This document shows positions 18,381-29,135 of a DNA stretch of 64,000 nucleotides, piece after piece (within the stretch, counting starts at the first letter, position 1; each line of letters starts with the position of its first letter). The notes under the pieces are model-generated. The model was not told where the DNA came from, made no database searches, and worked only from the letters and a program-made list of their open reading frames with translations. The stretch comes from Candidatus Tenebribacter davisii (lineage in GTDB: Bacteria; Cloacimonadota; Cloacimonadia; Cloacimonadales; TCS61). The position numbers were made by a program, and so were the translations under genes. The stretch lies in the NCBI GenBank assembly GCA_030765535.1, contig JAVCCH010000098.1:38563-102562 (forward strand). The letters are read 5' to 3'.

Positions 18381-19472
18381 ATGCCTTTAGCTATATCAGA
18401 TGGAGCATCATTAGAAAAAAACAAAATAAATACGGATAGTGTTTGGTTAACATTAATGGAAGTTACTTTTCCTAACCAAACGCCTGTGAGAGTTTGCCTT
18501 AACAATGAAGTAGTTTCTTGGAGTGATGTTGAATGGTCACCGGCTATTTTTTCTTTAAGTGGGCAATCAGAAACTAAAGATGCAGAAATACCTTCAGTAA
18601 GTTTATCTATTTTTGATGCCTATAGAAATATAATACCGTATCTTGATGATTATTCTGGGGGAATAGGTGCTGCCGTTGTAATTTATGTTGTAAATTCCAA
18701 ATATTTAATCCCTTCTGTATTAGATTCGGAACTGATATCCAATTCGGTGGTTGTCTCAAATCTTCCTCTTCTTGGCGGTGTTTCATTAACACCTGATAGA
18801 TGTACTCTTTCGGTATCTTCTGTGGAATATTATTCATCTCCGTCTTCTTTATGCTTAACCAAAAATGATGCCATAGAAGCTTCAAGATTTGAATTTGTTG
18901 GTGGAGCATCATGTGGATTAGTATCAGGAAAATCATATCATATTTCTGTAATGGTTTATTTGCCCCTTTCCCAAGATATAACTGCAATAAGTTTAAGATA
19001 CCAAGATAGTGAAAAGAATTGGTACACTTTAGATAAAACGGAAGTTATTGATTCTTGGGTTCTTTTAGAAGGTACATATTTAGAGGACGGGTCTGTTAAA
19101 ACATTTACTGTGCGTGAAGAAGGAGGGACAGTATCAGGAGAAAAAATATACTGTGATAATTTCTCGGTTAAAGAGATGGAGCAGTATTATGAATCAAAAA
19201 ATGTATTTTCTATTATTGGATGTACTGTTAGTAGTGGTTCAATGATTAATTTAACATTAGGATCTGAAAATCTTATTAATAGAATGTGTCCAGAACATAG
19301 ATATCTAAAAAATCATTGTAGATTTTATTTCAAGGATGAATTTTGTAAATATTCTGGCACTGAAACTTCATGCAATAGATCTTTAGATAGGTGCAAAGTG
19401 TTGGGCAATATGCTTAATTTTGGTGGATTTCCCGGAATAGGCCAAAGTGGTGTAATCTATAACGAATCTTAG
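18381..19472 (+). CDS. Minor tail protein, lambda gpL-like, with C-terminal Cys cluster
   Basis: C-terminal CPEHRYLKNHCRFYFKDEFCKYSGTETSCNRSLDRCKVLG resembles the 4-Cys Fe-S region of gpL. Position. Confidence 0.5.
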   Translation: MPLAISDGASLEKNKINTDSVWLTLMEVTFPNQTPVRVCLNNEVVSWSDVEWSPAIFSLSGQSETKDAEIPSVSLSIFDAYRNIIPYLDDYSGGIGAAVVIYVVNSKYLIPSVLDSELISNSVVVSNLPLLGGVSLTPDRCTLSVSSVEYYSSPSSLCLTKNDAIEASRFEFVGGASCGLVSGKSYHISVMVYLPLSQDITAISLRYQDSEKNWYTLDKTEVIDSWVLLEGTYLEDGSVKTFTVREEGGTVSGEKIYCDNFSVKEMEQYYESKNVFSIIGCTVSSGSMINLTLGSENLINRMCPEHRYLKNHCRFYFKDEFCKYSGTETSCNRSLDRCKVLGNMLNFGGFPGIGQSGVIYNES

Positions 19473-19481
19473 GAGTTTGTT

Positions 19482-19880
19482 TTGGTTAATTTAAATGATT
19501 TGATCGGAAAACCTTTTAGTAATGACGGATATGGTCCTGACAGTTATTCTTGTTTTGGGTTAGGTGTTGAAGTTTTTAGACGATATGGGATAACTATAGA
19601 AAGAACTAATATTTCAGTCTGTGCTTGCAAAGAAGTTTCTCAGAAAAAAATACAAGAGCGACTTGCTTTAAATTGGCAATTAACTGATTTAACCGAAAAT
19701 CCTCCAATTGCAGTATTAATTCGTTCTGGTGATGCTCGCTATGCAGATCATATTGGTGTTTATATTGGAAAAGGAAGAATGATTCATATCTTTAAAAAAA
19801 CCAATGTTGTTGTAGAAAGAATTTCTAATTGGAAACATAAAATTATAGGATACTATAAATATGTCAATCACACTTGTTAA
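19482..19880 (+). CDS. NlpC/P60-family tail tip protein (lambda gpK C-terminal domain-like), TTG start
   Basis: Catalytic Cys context DSYSCFGLGVEVF and His context ADHIGVYIGKGRMIH. AGGAG RBS 6 nt before the TTG. Confidence 0.5.
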   Translation: MVNLNDLIGKPFSNDGYGPDSYSCFGLGVEVFRRYGITIERTNISVCACKEVSQKKIQERLALNWQLTDLTENPPIAVLIRSGDARYADHIGVYIGKGRMIHIFKKTNVVVERISNWKHKIIGYYKYVNHTC

Positions 19881-22800
19881 AATACCTAATCCGTTTCAAC
19901 CAGAAATTAATAAGAAAGAATATTTTGATTTTGAAAGTGATAGGTTGCATACTTATTTAAAAGATATACCGTTTCATCATGAAGATATTAATTTTGTGGT
20001 AGCTGTTAATGGCGTATTTATAGTTGGGCCTTATCAAGATGTAATTATTGAAGATCATGCTATAATTTCGGTTACAGCAAAAGTAGAAGCAACTGGGATG
20101 GCAGCATCGGCAGCAACAGCAACAATTTCTTCATCGGCTGGTGCTACAGGTGTAATTACAAGTTTAGCCACTGCATTTGAGTTCGGGGGTATTGCAGGAG
20201 CAGTAGCATATGCATCCGTGTACGTTCTGACATCCTTTGTAATTGGGTATGGTATGAGTATGTTGGCTTCTTTATTAGCCCCTGATATTGCTTCCGAAGA
20301 AACACCGAAGACAGTATATTCTTGGGCTTTAGATGGTGTTTTAAACCAAGAAGGTATAAATATACCATTAATATATGGAAAAAATAGATTACCGGGATTA
20401 TTATTAAATTCTTATTTAAGTCTTGATCCTATAGATAAAACAGATGTTACTAAATTAATTGATTACTTGGTTGTAACCGGAAGTGATATTAATTTTGTTC
20501 TTGGAGCTGGTACTGAAATTTGGGATAATGATGCAGGTCCGAATGGAAATCGTGTAACTTCCTATGATACTTCCTATCTTACTTCTACATCTGGCATATT
20601 TACTTCTACTGATTTTCCTATAAATGATGCAGGGGATACTACAACTACATTTATTATGGGTGTTGTAGGAAGTACTACTAATGATGGATCGTATAGATGC
20701 ATGGTAGACACTGCAAATAAATTATGGGTATATTCACGATCATCAGGGTCAGACTTTGCCGATAGAGGTAGGACTCTTACTTCTGAAGTTGGTACAGACG
20801 GAATGAAATTTCTTAGCCCTCCGACTAATGACGCTCACGATGATTTTTTACATATTCAACTTGGTTTGGGTATCGGTCCAGTGGATACTATTTCGGATTT
20901 ATATATTGATGCCCAAAATGAAGAAAACTATAGCGATGAAAATGTTTCCTTAGATTATAGATTAGGCACTGCTACCCAAGATATTATGGAGGGATTTGAC
21001 GAAGTTACGGAAACTGCAAGTAAAAATGAGGAGGTATTGTATGCTGAAGCTCCATTGGTAATGACTACGCCTGGAGTTTGTGACAAAGTAAATGTTGTTG
21101 TTGCTTTCCCAAATGGGGTTTGGAATTTAGATAAAACCAAAGGGGGAATATATAAAGCACAAGTGAGTTATAGTGTGGAGTATAAAGCAACTACAGACCC
21201 AGACACCTCTTACGTATTTAAACAATTTCAAAATTTTGATGAAGATGGAGATCCGTATACAGTTTTGCATAATTATCGATCTTTTTGGGCCGCAAGTAGA
21301 ACTGAAATTAAGCATAAAATTGTTTTTGAGGATTTAGCCCGTGATCAATATGATATAAGAGTGACAAAACTAACCGTGGATTCAGAAGTTAGTGATATAA
21401 TGAATACTCTTATTTTTTCATATGTCCAAGGGGTTTATGCTGAAATTCTTTCTTATCCTGGATTAGCTATGTATTCAGTTGCAATAAAAGCTTCAACTCA
21501 ATTTTCTGGGGGTATCCCACAAGTTAGCGTGTCTGTTGATAAGAAAACTTTAAGTATATGGGATAAATCTTCAACACCATATTGGGATACTACTAAATTA
21601 GCAACTAATCCAGCCTGGTTAGTTTGGGATTTAATTTGCAATAAAGCAGGTATTTCCAAAGAACGGTTAATTTGGGAAGATTTTAAGGATTGGGCAGATT
21701 ATTGTGATGAAAATGTTGCAGATTCTGGGGATCTCCCAGAAAAAAGGTTTGAAGTAAATATTATTATTTCAGAGGGGAATTTTTGGGATAACATCCAAAA
21801 AGTTGCTAAAATAGGCAGGGCTGCCATAATTAGAAGGGGTTATGATTATGGAGTTTTTATTGATAAATGGGAAGGCACAACACCTGTAGTATCGCATGTA
21901 TTTAATTCTGGAAATATAATAGAAGATTCTTTTGAATTACATTATATTCCAAGTAACGACAGAGCTAATATTATAGAGGTAGAATACTCTGATGCAGATC
22001 AAGAATATACAAGACAAATAGTAAGTGCTTTTTCTTCTGATTATTTAGATGAAGATAAAATTGTTAGAAAAGCAGTAATCACAATAGATGCAGCTATCTC
22101 ACAAGCCCAGGCTATGCGTGAAGCGGTATATAGAATCAATTCTAATGTCCTTCTGAATAAAATTATCACCTTCGATGCTTTTTCTGATAGTTTCACTTGT
22201 GTTGTTGGTGATTTATTTCATTTTCAACATGAGGATGTTAGTTATAATTACCAAGTTTCTGGAAGAATTGTTTCTGCAACTCAATATACTGTTACATTGG
22301 ATCAAGAAGTTGAATTAATTGCTGGAATTTCATACAATATTTTAATTAGAATTGGCAGTATTGCTGGAGATAATAATAATATATATGAAAAGCAAATTAC
22401 AAATGTACCTGGCTTAACTTCAGAATTGACTTTGTTGAGTGCTGCTGGATGGGATACAATCCCAGAGAAGTTTGATCTTTTTACTTTCGGGGAAGTTGGC
22501 ACATACGATAAAATATACAAAATTACAGGTGTAACAGGGGAGGTTGATTCAGTAAGAACAATTACAGGAGGTGAATATGTTCCAGAAATATTCACTAATA
22601 ATGATGCTGAAGTCATAACCGATAACATACGAAAGTTAAAAATACAAAAAGCTATGTCTGTAATAGTCAATGAATTTTTAGCATATAATCCAGATGGTAG
22701 TTTTAGTGTTCATGCCCAGGTGGTTTGGTCTCAATATTTTTCACATATCTCTACTATTTGGGAAGTATGGATGTCAAGTATATCCGAAAATGCAAATGGT

Positions 22801-25800
22801 ACTTCTTCTGAATCTGACCCGGCTAAAATAAGAACTGGTAGGTCAATTATGTCAATAGAAGTTAAGGACATTCTTGAGACTGGTATTACTTATAAATTTT
22901 ATATTAATGTGAAGGGACAAGGCCCATATGACCATGGAACAAATACAAAACAGATAACCATTGCAGGATTAACGGCTCCTCCTGCTGACATTTCTGTGTT
23001 TGCGGCAACCTGGAATCCAGTAACTTTAAATGTAGAATTTTCATGGACTGAAATTGGGGATATTGATTTAGAATATTATTTTATACGAGAAGGAGTCGCC
23101 TGGTTAGGCGGAGATGATATAGTGTGGCCCTTAAAAGGAAATGCTACCGTAAATCTTGCTATTCCATTAACTGGCGATCTCACAGAAAAAACATATTGGA
23201 TGAAGGGGGTTGATACCACCGGGAATCCTTCAGCAATAGAAGCACAGGCATTGGTAGGTGGTCTTGCAGTTCCTTTGGAAATAGACACAACTGTAGGAAC
23301 AGTCTTAAATTTTGATGGTGAATGGGATATTCCAACACATAAAGTTAAACTGACTTGGGATGCTGTTCTGTTGTCTGATGGAGTAACCCTGAACCCTCAT
23401 ATAGACAGATATGAAATTTATCATGGGTTTGCATGGGCAACTTCTGTTAAATCTGGACCTTATCCTTCAGGCGATGTCACAGAGATATATTTCGATGTAG
23501 AAGAAGGAACTAACGGGAATAGAACATATTGGATTCGTGCAGTTGATACAGCAGGGAATTATGCTGATATAGCTGGAACTCCTCCAGTACCACATTCAAG
23601 TAAAGTTGTTGCTATTGATACTTCTTTATCTAATGGAATGGTTCCTGTTGGATTAACTGCTACAAGTGATTCCATCATAAATGAAGATGGTACTAATTCA
23701 GCAATATTGATAGTTTCTTGCACTGCAATGAATTTGGTTACATACCCTGAATTTTTAAAGTATTCTATTGAAATTACAAATAAAACTGAATCTCCTTTAA
23801 AACCCGTAATATATGAATATCCATTGGATGTTAACACATTCACATTTCCTGCTATACCTAACACATCTTATGGTATCAGAATTAGGTCTGTTGATATTAG
23901 AGGAAACTTTTTTGATTGGTCAACTGAATTTCCCATTACCAGTGCATACGATACAACTGCCCCTGCTGTTCCAACTGGTTTAACAGCTACAAGTTCATGG
24001 GCAAGTATTGTTTTAACTTGGACGATAACTGATGTTGCTGATCTAAGTCATTTTGTAATATACAGAAGAACAGTTAATAGTAGTCCTGGAAGTGCTTATG
24101 TAATTGGACAAATTGCTAAGTCAATTTCTGGTACTGCTTCCATGTACATAGACTCTCCACCGACTTCAGATTCTTATTATTATTGGGTAAGATCTGTTGA
24201 TAGAACTGGTAATACCAGTACTTATTCAGCTTCGGCAATAGGACAAACAGGCACAATCAATAGCATGGACAATACCCTCGCTTCTGTTATTGCCATGGAA
24301 GATGACCAAGTTCTTTCTGTTACTGAAAAATCTGCATGGAGAACCCAATGGGTAAGCCTGGAAAGTGCATATGATGTACTGATAGCTTTTGCTGCTTCGC
24401 TGTCTGTTTCATCAACTACGTTTGCAGGGCTTTATACTACCCTACATGAGTATTTAAGAGATGACTTGCATGTGTGGGATCAGCAAACAGTTTCTCACTC
24501 GATAACTGGTACTGCTTTGACTTCTAAAACAACAGCTTATTTTGATGAGTTTACAACATTAACCAATGCCTGTAATGAAGAAGCAAAAGTATCAACTACT
24601 TTATCCAGCTTAACAAATGATTCTTGTACTGTAACAACTTATGCAGATGGCAGTGGTGGAACATACAGTACTGGAAATACAACAACTACAATGCAGATAT
24701 TTACAGGTACTACATTACAAACAGGTTGGTCTTTTTCCAAAGTAGAAGGGTCAGGGCTTAATGCCACCCTTGGATCATCTTCTGGTATTTGTGTTATTAC
24801 ATCATTGACTGATGCTACTGATGAAAGTTATGTTACCATTACAGCATCAAAATCTGGTTATTCTAACCAAACGTCAACATTTACTATTTCTAAATCCAAG
24901 ACAGGTGCAGAAGGTACTCCACTTGTAAATAGATGGTTAACATCCAGTGTAGGTGCAATTGGAAAGAGTGAGGCTGGTGATTATAATCCAACAACTATTA
25001 CTTTTTATGCATGGACACAAACAGGGGAAGATGCTCCAACTGCATTTACTGGCGGTATGCGAGTTTATGAAAATACTACTTTAAAGGATTATGGGGGTGT
25101 ACCTTCAATAACACGCACACCAAGTCCAACAGGTGTAGATAGTGTAACCTGTAAATTATATACAACAACCTCTTATTCTGTTTTGTTAGATACTGAAGGT
25201 GTTCCAGTAGTATTTGATGGAGATGCAGGGGTAGATGGAACTGATGGGACGAATGGTACTGATGGATCTGATGGTATTGATGGTAGAACAGTTAATATTA
25301 CAGCAACAGATTATAGTATTGAATACAATATTCATGGGAATACCCCTAATCCAAGTACTATACCCATCACAGCTACAAAACACAACAGCACCGGTGATGC
25401 ATATTATAATTTTGAGGTAGATGGTGTTACTAAACAACATACAACAAGTAATACATACACATACTCTTGTCCATCAAGTATATCTGGAGATCCACAAAAG
25501 ATAACTGTAGAATTAAGGGAAGATGGTACAGGTACATCTTTACTTGCAACAGATGAAACAACAATTGCAAAATTGCAAGAGGCAAGTGGTGCGACCACAA
25601 TTACTCTCTCAAATCCTGCTCATACAATGTATACTGACTTTGGTGGTGCAAATCTTGATGTAAGTGGTTCTGGTAATGATATTAAAGTTTGGATTGGTAC
25701 AACACCAATCCCTTATGATGGCACATCATCATATGCTACTCCAAGTTTTAGGATTAGTACTGCTGTAACTACAGGTTTGGTGATTGACTCTCCAAGTACT

Positions 25801-28785
25801 ATATCTACATATACGAGGCAATGGACTAATATAACTTCTATGTCGGAGACAACATCTCAAGTAACCTATACGGTTACAGTTGTTGATAAGACTGGTATAG
25901 AAACTGAACATGAAGTAACACAATCATTAAGCCAAAGTCCAAGTGGTGATACTGGTGATAACGCCCAAATAGTAAGAGTAACAGGAAATCAATCATTCAA
26001 GTATTTAGATGGTGCGACTGATCCAACTGAAACTACCATAACCCTAACTGCCACATTATCTGGAGAACTAACCACATATGATTGGGAATACTGGAATGGA
26101 TCATCTTGGACAAACTTATCAGGAACACAAACGTCAGCCACGTACAGTCTTTTGCCCACTAATGCTGCTTGGGGTTCTGATACATCTTTAAGAGTAAGGT
26201 GTTTATCAGGTACTATATTTGATGAAATATCTATAGCGAAATTGTATGATGGAACAAACACAGTTTCAGGATATCTCACCAATCCAAGTAGCCCTTTATC
26301 TGCATTGTATGACGGTACAGGATATAGTTTAACCACGTCTGGTGGAACTTTCAAGGTTTTCAAAGGCATTACTGATGTAACAACGTCAAGTTCATTTGCT
26401 GGAACTACAACCAAGAACGGGTTAACTTTTACAATTAATTCAAGTACTGGTGTATACGTATTAACTGGTGGTTCTTGGACTTCTGATTCAGAAACATTCA
26501 CTGCTACAGCAACTTACGAGGGTACAGTAATCTCGAAAGTTTACACTATCTCTAAAGCAAAAATGGGCGATGATGGAACCAACGGAAAAACTTATGTTCT
26601 AAATATTACAGGAGGATCAAGAACTTTTACTTGGGATTCTGCTGGAACAAGTTATACTCCTGGTCCTGCAACTGCACTAACCGCTGAATTAAGAGAGGAT
26701 GGTGTTGTAGTCGCTCCTACGTATGCGTGGACAACTGGAGGAACTTCCGTTGGGCTAATTTCTGGATCAGGATCTACTTCAGTATTTACTCCTACTGTTA
26801 CAAATACCTGGGATGAAACCAAGGGAACAAACTGGATATCAGTAACTTGTGTTTTCGCTGGACAAACAATAAAACAAACTATTCCAATTTCTTGTTCTAA
26901 GATTGGAAATGTTGGAGTGGATGCTACTAATTGGAGCAGTGACATTGTGTTCACCTCTACTGATCATAATGATATTGCATGGGCAGGACCATCAGGGTCA
27001 ACAGGACGTATAGATAGTGCCGAGGGTTCATATACTGGAATTAGTGGTGGGACCAAATTAGGGATGACAACTGGATATTATGTTTATTTTGATCCAACTT
27101 CCTCAACAATACTTAAAACGACAACAAGCCCTGCAACGGCTGTTGGTATTGGAAATGTTATCCTTGCTTATGCAATTAATAATCCTGATGGTGTTGGAAC
27201 ATTAGCAATTCTTAATGTTTTTGGTGGCACTGGTGGTTCGGTTGTTGCAGCCGATCAAGTTACCGCAAATTCCATTTCAGCCATATCTACAAATGTTGGA
27301 GTACTTATAACTGGAGTGATTCAAAATCCAACAGGCACATTTGTAATAAATTTAACTAATGGAACTATAAATGTGGCAAAAGCAGAAGGACTCACTGTCA
27401 ATGCTTCTGGTGGGTTAATTATTGGGAATGATGGGGATATTATTTTCCAGAACAGTGATGCAATACCTGCTACAGATGGTATACTTGAAAATAAAGACTA
27501 CACAGCACCAGTAGGAACTAAGAAAGTGTATATGGCTTTAAAGGCAGGACCAGACGGAGAAGATTATGTTGAAATTCCTGGGATTGTCTCCATTGTTAAC
27601 CCTCTTGTTACAGCAAGTATTAGACGAGGTCATCCCACAGATGGAGATATCGGTCTTCTGGGAACTCCATATGGTACTGCTTATGTTGAAAATCTTACTA
27701 TAGTTGGAAGTGGGAAAATATTACCAACAACCAATGGATCTTGTTGGATTGGTGATTCTACTCATCGTTTTGATAACGGATATATAAATGACATTCTTAT
27801 AACCACTCTCGATAGTACTGGTACATCTATTTCCCTTGAAGTGGATCTTGTCCCAAATGGCACACTCGACCTTGGATCATCGTCAGCACATTTTGCACTT
27901 GGCTACATTGACACTATTTATTGCAACACCAAAATCTCCACATCTCTTGTACAGTTCGACACTGGAACTGTAACTGGTGTTGACACAATATCAGTTGCAA
28001 AGGACGGTACTTATGATTGGATGGATTTTACAACTGATGATGCTATAATATTATCAGTAGGTAAGAGTGATTCAGGGAATGAAACTGTATATGCTTACAA
28101 CAAACTCCACAGTGTTGGGAACTTGTCTACTGGAGGGGATCTTGATTGTACCGGTACTGCTTCTGCAAATGTAAAAGCTTTTTTAATCGACCATCCCCTT
28201 GATCCTGAAAATAAACTACTCCGGTATTCTTCTATTGAAGGTCCAAAATGTGATCTTATTCATAGAGGAACTGTAAAAATGGTAAATGGATTCGCAACTG
28301 TGGATATAGATGCAGAATATGATCTTACACCGGGAACTTTTGAAGCTTTATGCCAAGATTCTGAAGTTACAAGTTTGATTACCAAAAATTCATTTGAGCG
28401 AGTAAAGTCAACAAGTATATTAGGTTCAGTATTTACAATTGAATCAGAATCAAACGAGTTTAATGGTGATGTTAATTGGGTTGTAATTGGTGAAAGAAAA
28501 GACCCTGCTATTCGGATAGCTGACACTACCGATGAAACAGGGCATTTAATAAACGAGGTTATTAAATCATCTCCTTTAGAAACTGCTCTTGATCCTATTA
28601 CCAAAGAAACAAACAGTATTGAAAAATCTGATGTAATTGAATCCGAAGTTGTTTCTATGCAATCTGCAAAAGGATATTATAGACATCCCACAGCCTATGG
28701 GAAAACAGAACCTACAAGAAACGTAACCTATAAATACAAAGCTAAGAAAGTAACACCTAACCCCAAAGAAGGAGAGAAAACATGA
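19861..28785 (+). CDS. Giant tail tip / host-specificity protein: gpI-like N-terminus fused to a gpJ-like central fibre protein (2974 aa)
   Basis: The N-terminal roughly 150 aa carry a gpI-like hydrophobic Gly/Ala segment. Clear lambda-J-like blocks follow: LPGLLLNSYLSLDPI versus J LKSVLLNSTPVLDTEG, and AWLVWDLICNKAGISKERL...YCDENV versus J AWCLWDMLTHPRYG...YCDQSV. Multiple fibronectin-III-like modules are present (TAPPADISVFAATWNPVTLNVEFSW; TTAPAVPTGLTATSSWASIVLTW). A short collagen-like Gly-X-Y run GDAGVDGTDGTNGTDGSDGIDG lies at about 25210-25290. Confidence 0.7.
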   Translation: MSITLVKIPNPFQPEINKKEYFDFESDRLHTYLKDIPFHHEDINFVVAVNGVFIVGPYQDVIIEDHAIISVTAKVEATGMAASAATATISSSAGATGVITSLATAFEFGGIAGAVAYASVYVLTSFVIGYGMSMLASLLAPDIASEETPKTVYSWALDGVLNQEGINIPLIYGKNRLPGLLLNSYLSLDPIDKTDVTKLIDYLVVTGSDINFVLGAGTEIWDNDAGPNGNRVTSYDTSYLTSTSGIFTSTDFPINDAGDTTTTFIMGVVGSTTNDGSYRCMVDTANKLWVYSRSSGSDFADRGRTLTSEVGTDGMKFLSPPTNDAHDDFLHIQLGLGIGPVDTISDLYIDAQNEENYSDENVSLDYRLGTATQDIMEGFDEVTETASKNEEVLYAEAPLVMTTPGVCDKVNVVVAFPNGVWNLDKTKGGIYKAQVSYSVEYKATTDPDTSYVFKQFQNFDEDGDPYTVLHNYRSFWAASRTEIKHKIVFEDLARDQYDIRVTKLTVDSEVSDIMNTLIFSYVQGVYAEILSYPGLAMYSVAIKASTQFSGGIPQVSVSVDKKTLSIWDKSSTPYWDTTKLATNPAWLVWDLICNKAGISKERLIWEDFKDWADYCDENVADSGDLPEKRFEVNIIISEGNFWDNIQKVAKIGRAAIIRRGYDYGVFIDKWEGTTPVVSHVFNSGNIIEDSFELHYIPSNDRANIIEVEYSDADQEYTRQIVSAFSSDYLDEDKIVRKAVITIDAAISQAQAMREAVYRINSNVLLNKIITFDAFSDSFTCVVGDLFHFQHEDVSYNYQVSGRIVSATQYTVTLDQEVELIAGISYNILIRIGSIAGDNNNIYEKQITNVPGLTSELTLLSAAGWDTIPEKFDLFTFGEVGTYDKIYKITGVTGEVDSVRTITGGEYVPEIFTNNDAEVITDNIRKLKIQKAMSVIVNEFLAYNPDGSFSVHAQVVWSQYFSHISTIWEVWMSSISENANGTSSESDPAKIRTGRSIMSIEVKDILETGITYKFYINVKGQGPYDHGTNTKQITIAGLTAPPADISVFAATWNPVTLNVEFSWTEIGDIDLEYYFIREGVAWLGGDDIVWPLKGNATVNLAIPLTGDLTEKTYWMKGVDTTGNPSAIEAQALVGGLAVPLEIDTTVGTVLNFDGEWDIPTHKVKLTWDAVLLSDGVTLNPHIDRYEIYHGFAWATSVKSGPYPSGDVTEIYFDVEEGTNGNRTYWIRAVDTAGNYADIAGTPPVPHSSKVVAIDTSLSNGMVPVGLTATSDSIINEDGTNSAILIVSCTAMNLVTYPEFLKYSIEITNKTESPLKPVIYEYPLDVNTFTFPAIPNTSYGIRIRSVDIRGNFFDWSTEFPITSAYDTTAPAVPTGLTATSSWASIVLTWTITDVADLSHFVIYRRTVNSSPGSAYVIGQIAKSISGTASMYIDSPPTSDSYYYWVRSVDRTGNTSTYSASAIGQTGTINSMDNTLASVIAMEDDQVLSVTEKSAWRTQWVSLESAYDVLIAFAASLSVSSTTFAGLYTTLHEYLRDDLHVWDQQTVSHSITGTALTSKTTAYFDEFTTLTNACNEEAKVSTTLSSLTNDSCTVTTYADGSGGTYSTGNTTTTMQIFTGTTLQTGWSFSKVEGSGLNATLGSSSGICVITSLTDATDESYVTITASKSGYSNQTSTFTISKSKTGAEGTPLVNRWLTSSVGAIGKSEAGDYNPTTITFYAWTQTGEDAPTAFTGGMRVYENTTLKDYGGVPSITRTPSPTGVDSVTCKLYTTTSYSVLLDTEGVPVVFDGDAGVDGTDGTNGTDGSDGIDGRTVNITATDYSIEYNIHGNTPNPSTIPITATKHNSTGDAYYNFEVDGVTKQHTTSNTYTYSCPSSISGDPQKITVELREDGTGTSLLATDETTIAKLQEASGATTITLSNPAHTMYTDFGGANLDVSGSGNDIKVWIGTTPIPYDGTSSYATPSFRISTAVTTGLVIDSPSTISTYTRQWTNITSMSETTSQVTYTVTVVDKTGIETEHEVTQSLSQSPSGDTGDNAQIVRVTGNQSFKYLDGATDPTETTITLTATLSGELTTYDWEYWNGSSWTNLSGTQTSATYSLLPTNAAWGSDTSLRVRCLSGTIFDEISIAKLYDGTNTVSGYLTNPSSPLSALYDGTGYSLTTSGGTFKVFKGITDVTTSSSFAGTTTKNGLTFTINSSTGVYVLTGGSWTSDSETFTATATYEGTVISKVYTISKAKMGDDGTNGKTYVLNITGGSRTFTWDSAGTSYTPGPATALTAELREDGVVVAPTYAWTTGGTSVGLISGSGSTSVFTPTVTNTWDETKGTNWISVTCVFAGQTIKQTIPISCSKIGNVGVDATNWSSDIVFTSTDHNDIAWAGPSGSTGRIDSAEGSYTGISGGTKLGMTTGYYVYFDPTSSTILKTTTSPATAVGIGNVILAYAINNPDGVGTLAILNVFGGTGGSVVAADQVTANSISAISTNVGVLITGVIQNPTGTFVINLTNGTINVAKAEGLTVNASGGLIIGNDGDIIFQNSDAIPATDGILENKDYTAPVGTKKVYMALKAGPDGEDYVEIPGIVSIVNPLVTASIRRGHPTDGDIGLLGTPYGTAYVENLTIVGSGKILPTTNGSCWIGDSTHRFDNGYINDILITTLDSTGTSISLEVDLVPNGTLDLGSSSAHFALGYIDTIYCNTKISTSLVQFDTGTVTGVDTISVAKDGTYDWMDFTTDDAIILSVGKSDSGNETVYAYNKLHSVGNLSTGGDLDCTGTASANVKAFLIDHPLDPENKLLRYSSIEGPKCDLIHRGTVKMVNGFATVDIDAEYDLTPGTFEALCQDSEVTSLITKNSFERVKSTSILGSVFTIESESNEFNGDVNWVVIGERKDPAIRIADTTDETGHLINEVIKSSPLETALDPITKETNSIEKSDVIESEVVSMQSAKGYYRHPTAYGKTEPTRNVTYKYKAKKVTPNPKEGEKT

Positions 28786-29108
28786 AAAAGTTGTTGATCG
28801 TTTTATTTATCAGTTTGTTTGTTTGTGGAAATGCATTGGCATTTACAGCACATCGAAAAGGGCAAGTTATTTACAGGGAATGGCAAGGAAACAAGAGTGT
28901 TTACCTTGTTTTAATTGGTGATGAAACAGTTGAAGTGTCAAGTAGTGAGGTTACTGCCTACATTGGGGATGATGTAATGGTGTTAATTGATAGATTACCT
29001 TACAGTCCAAAATTATCTATTATTTATAAATTTATACCTCCAACACCTCCTCCTGGCAGTGAGTGGCATCCTCCAGAAGATACAAAACCACCGGGAACTA
29101 AATTCTAA
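28782..29108 (+). CDS. Small secreted lipoprotein-like protein (108 aa)
   Basis: Signal peptide MKKLLIVLFISLFVCGNALA with a lipobox-like LFVC. Pro-rich C-terminus. Very strong RBS. Lies immediately downstream of the host-specificity protein. Confidence 0.5.
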   Translation: MKKLLIVLFISLFVCGNALAFTAHRKGQVIYREWQGNKSVYLVLIGDETVEVSSSEVTAYIGDDVMVLIDRLPYSPKLSIIYKFIPPTPPPGSEWHPPEDTKPPGTKF

Positions 29109-29135
29109 GAAATTTAATCACTGTAAGGAATAAAA

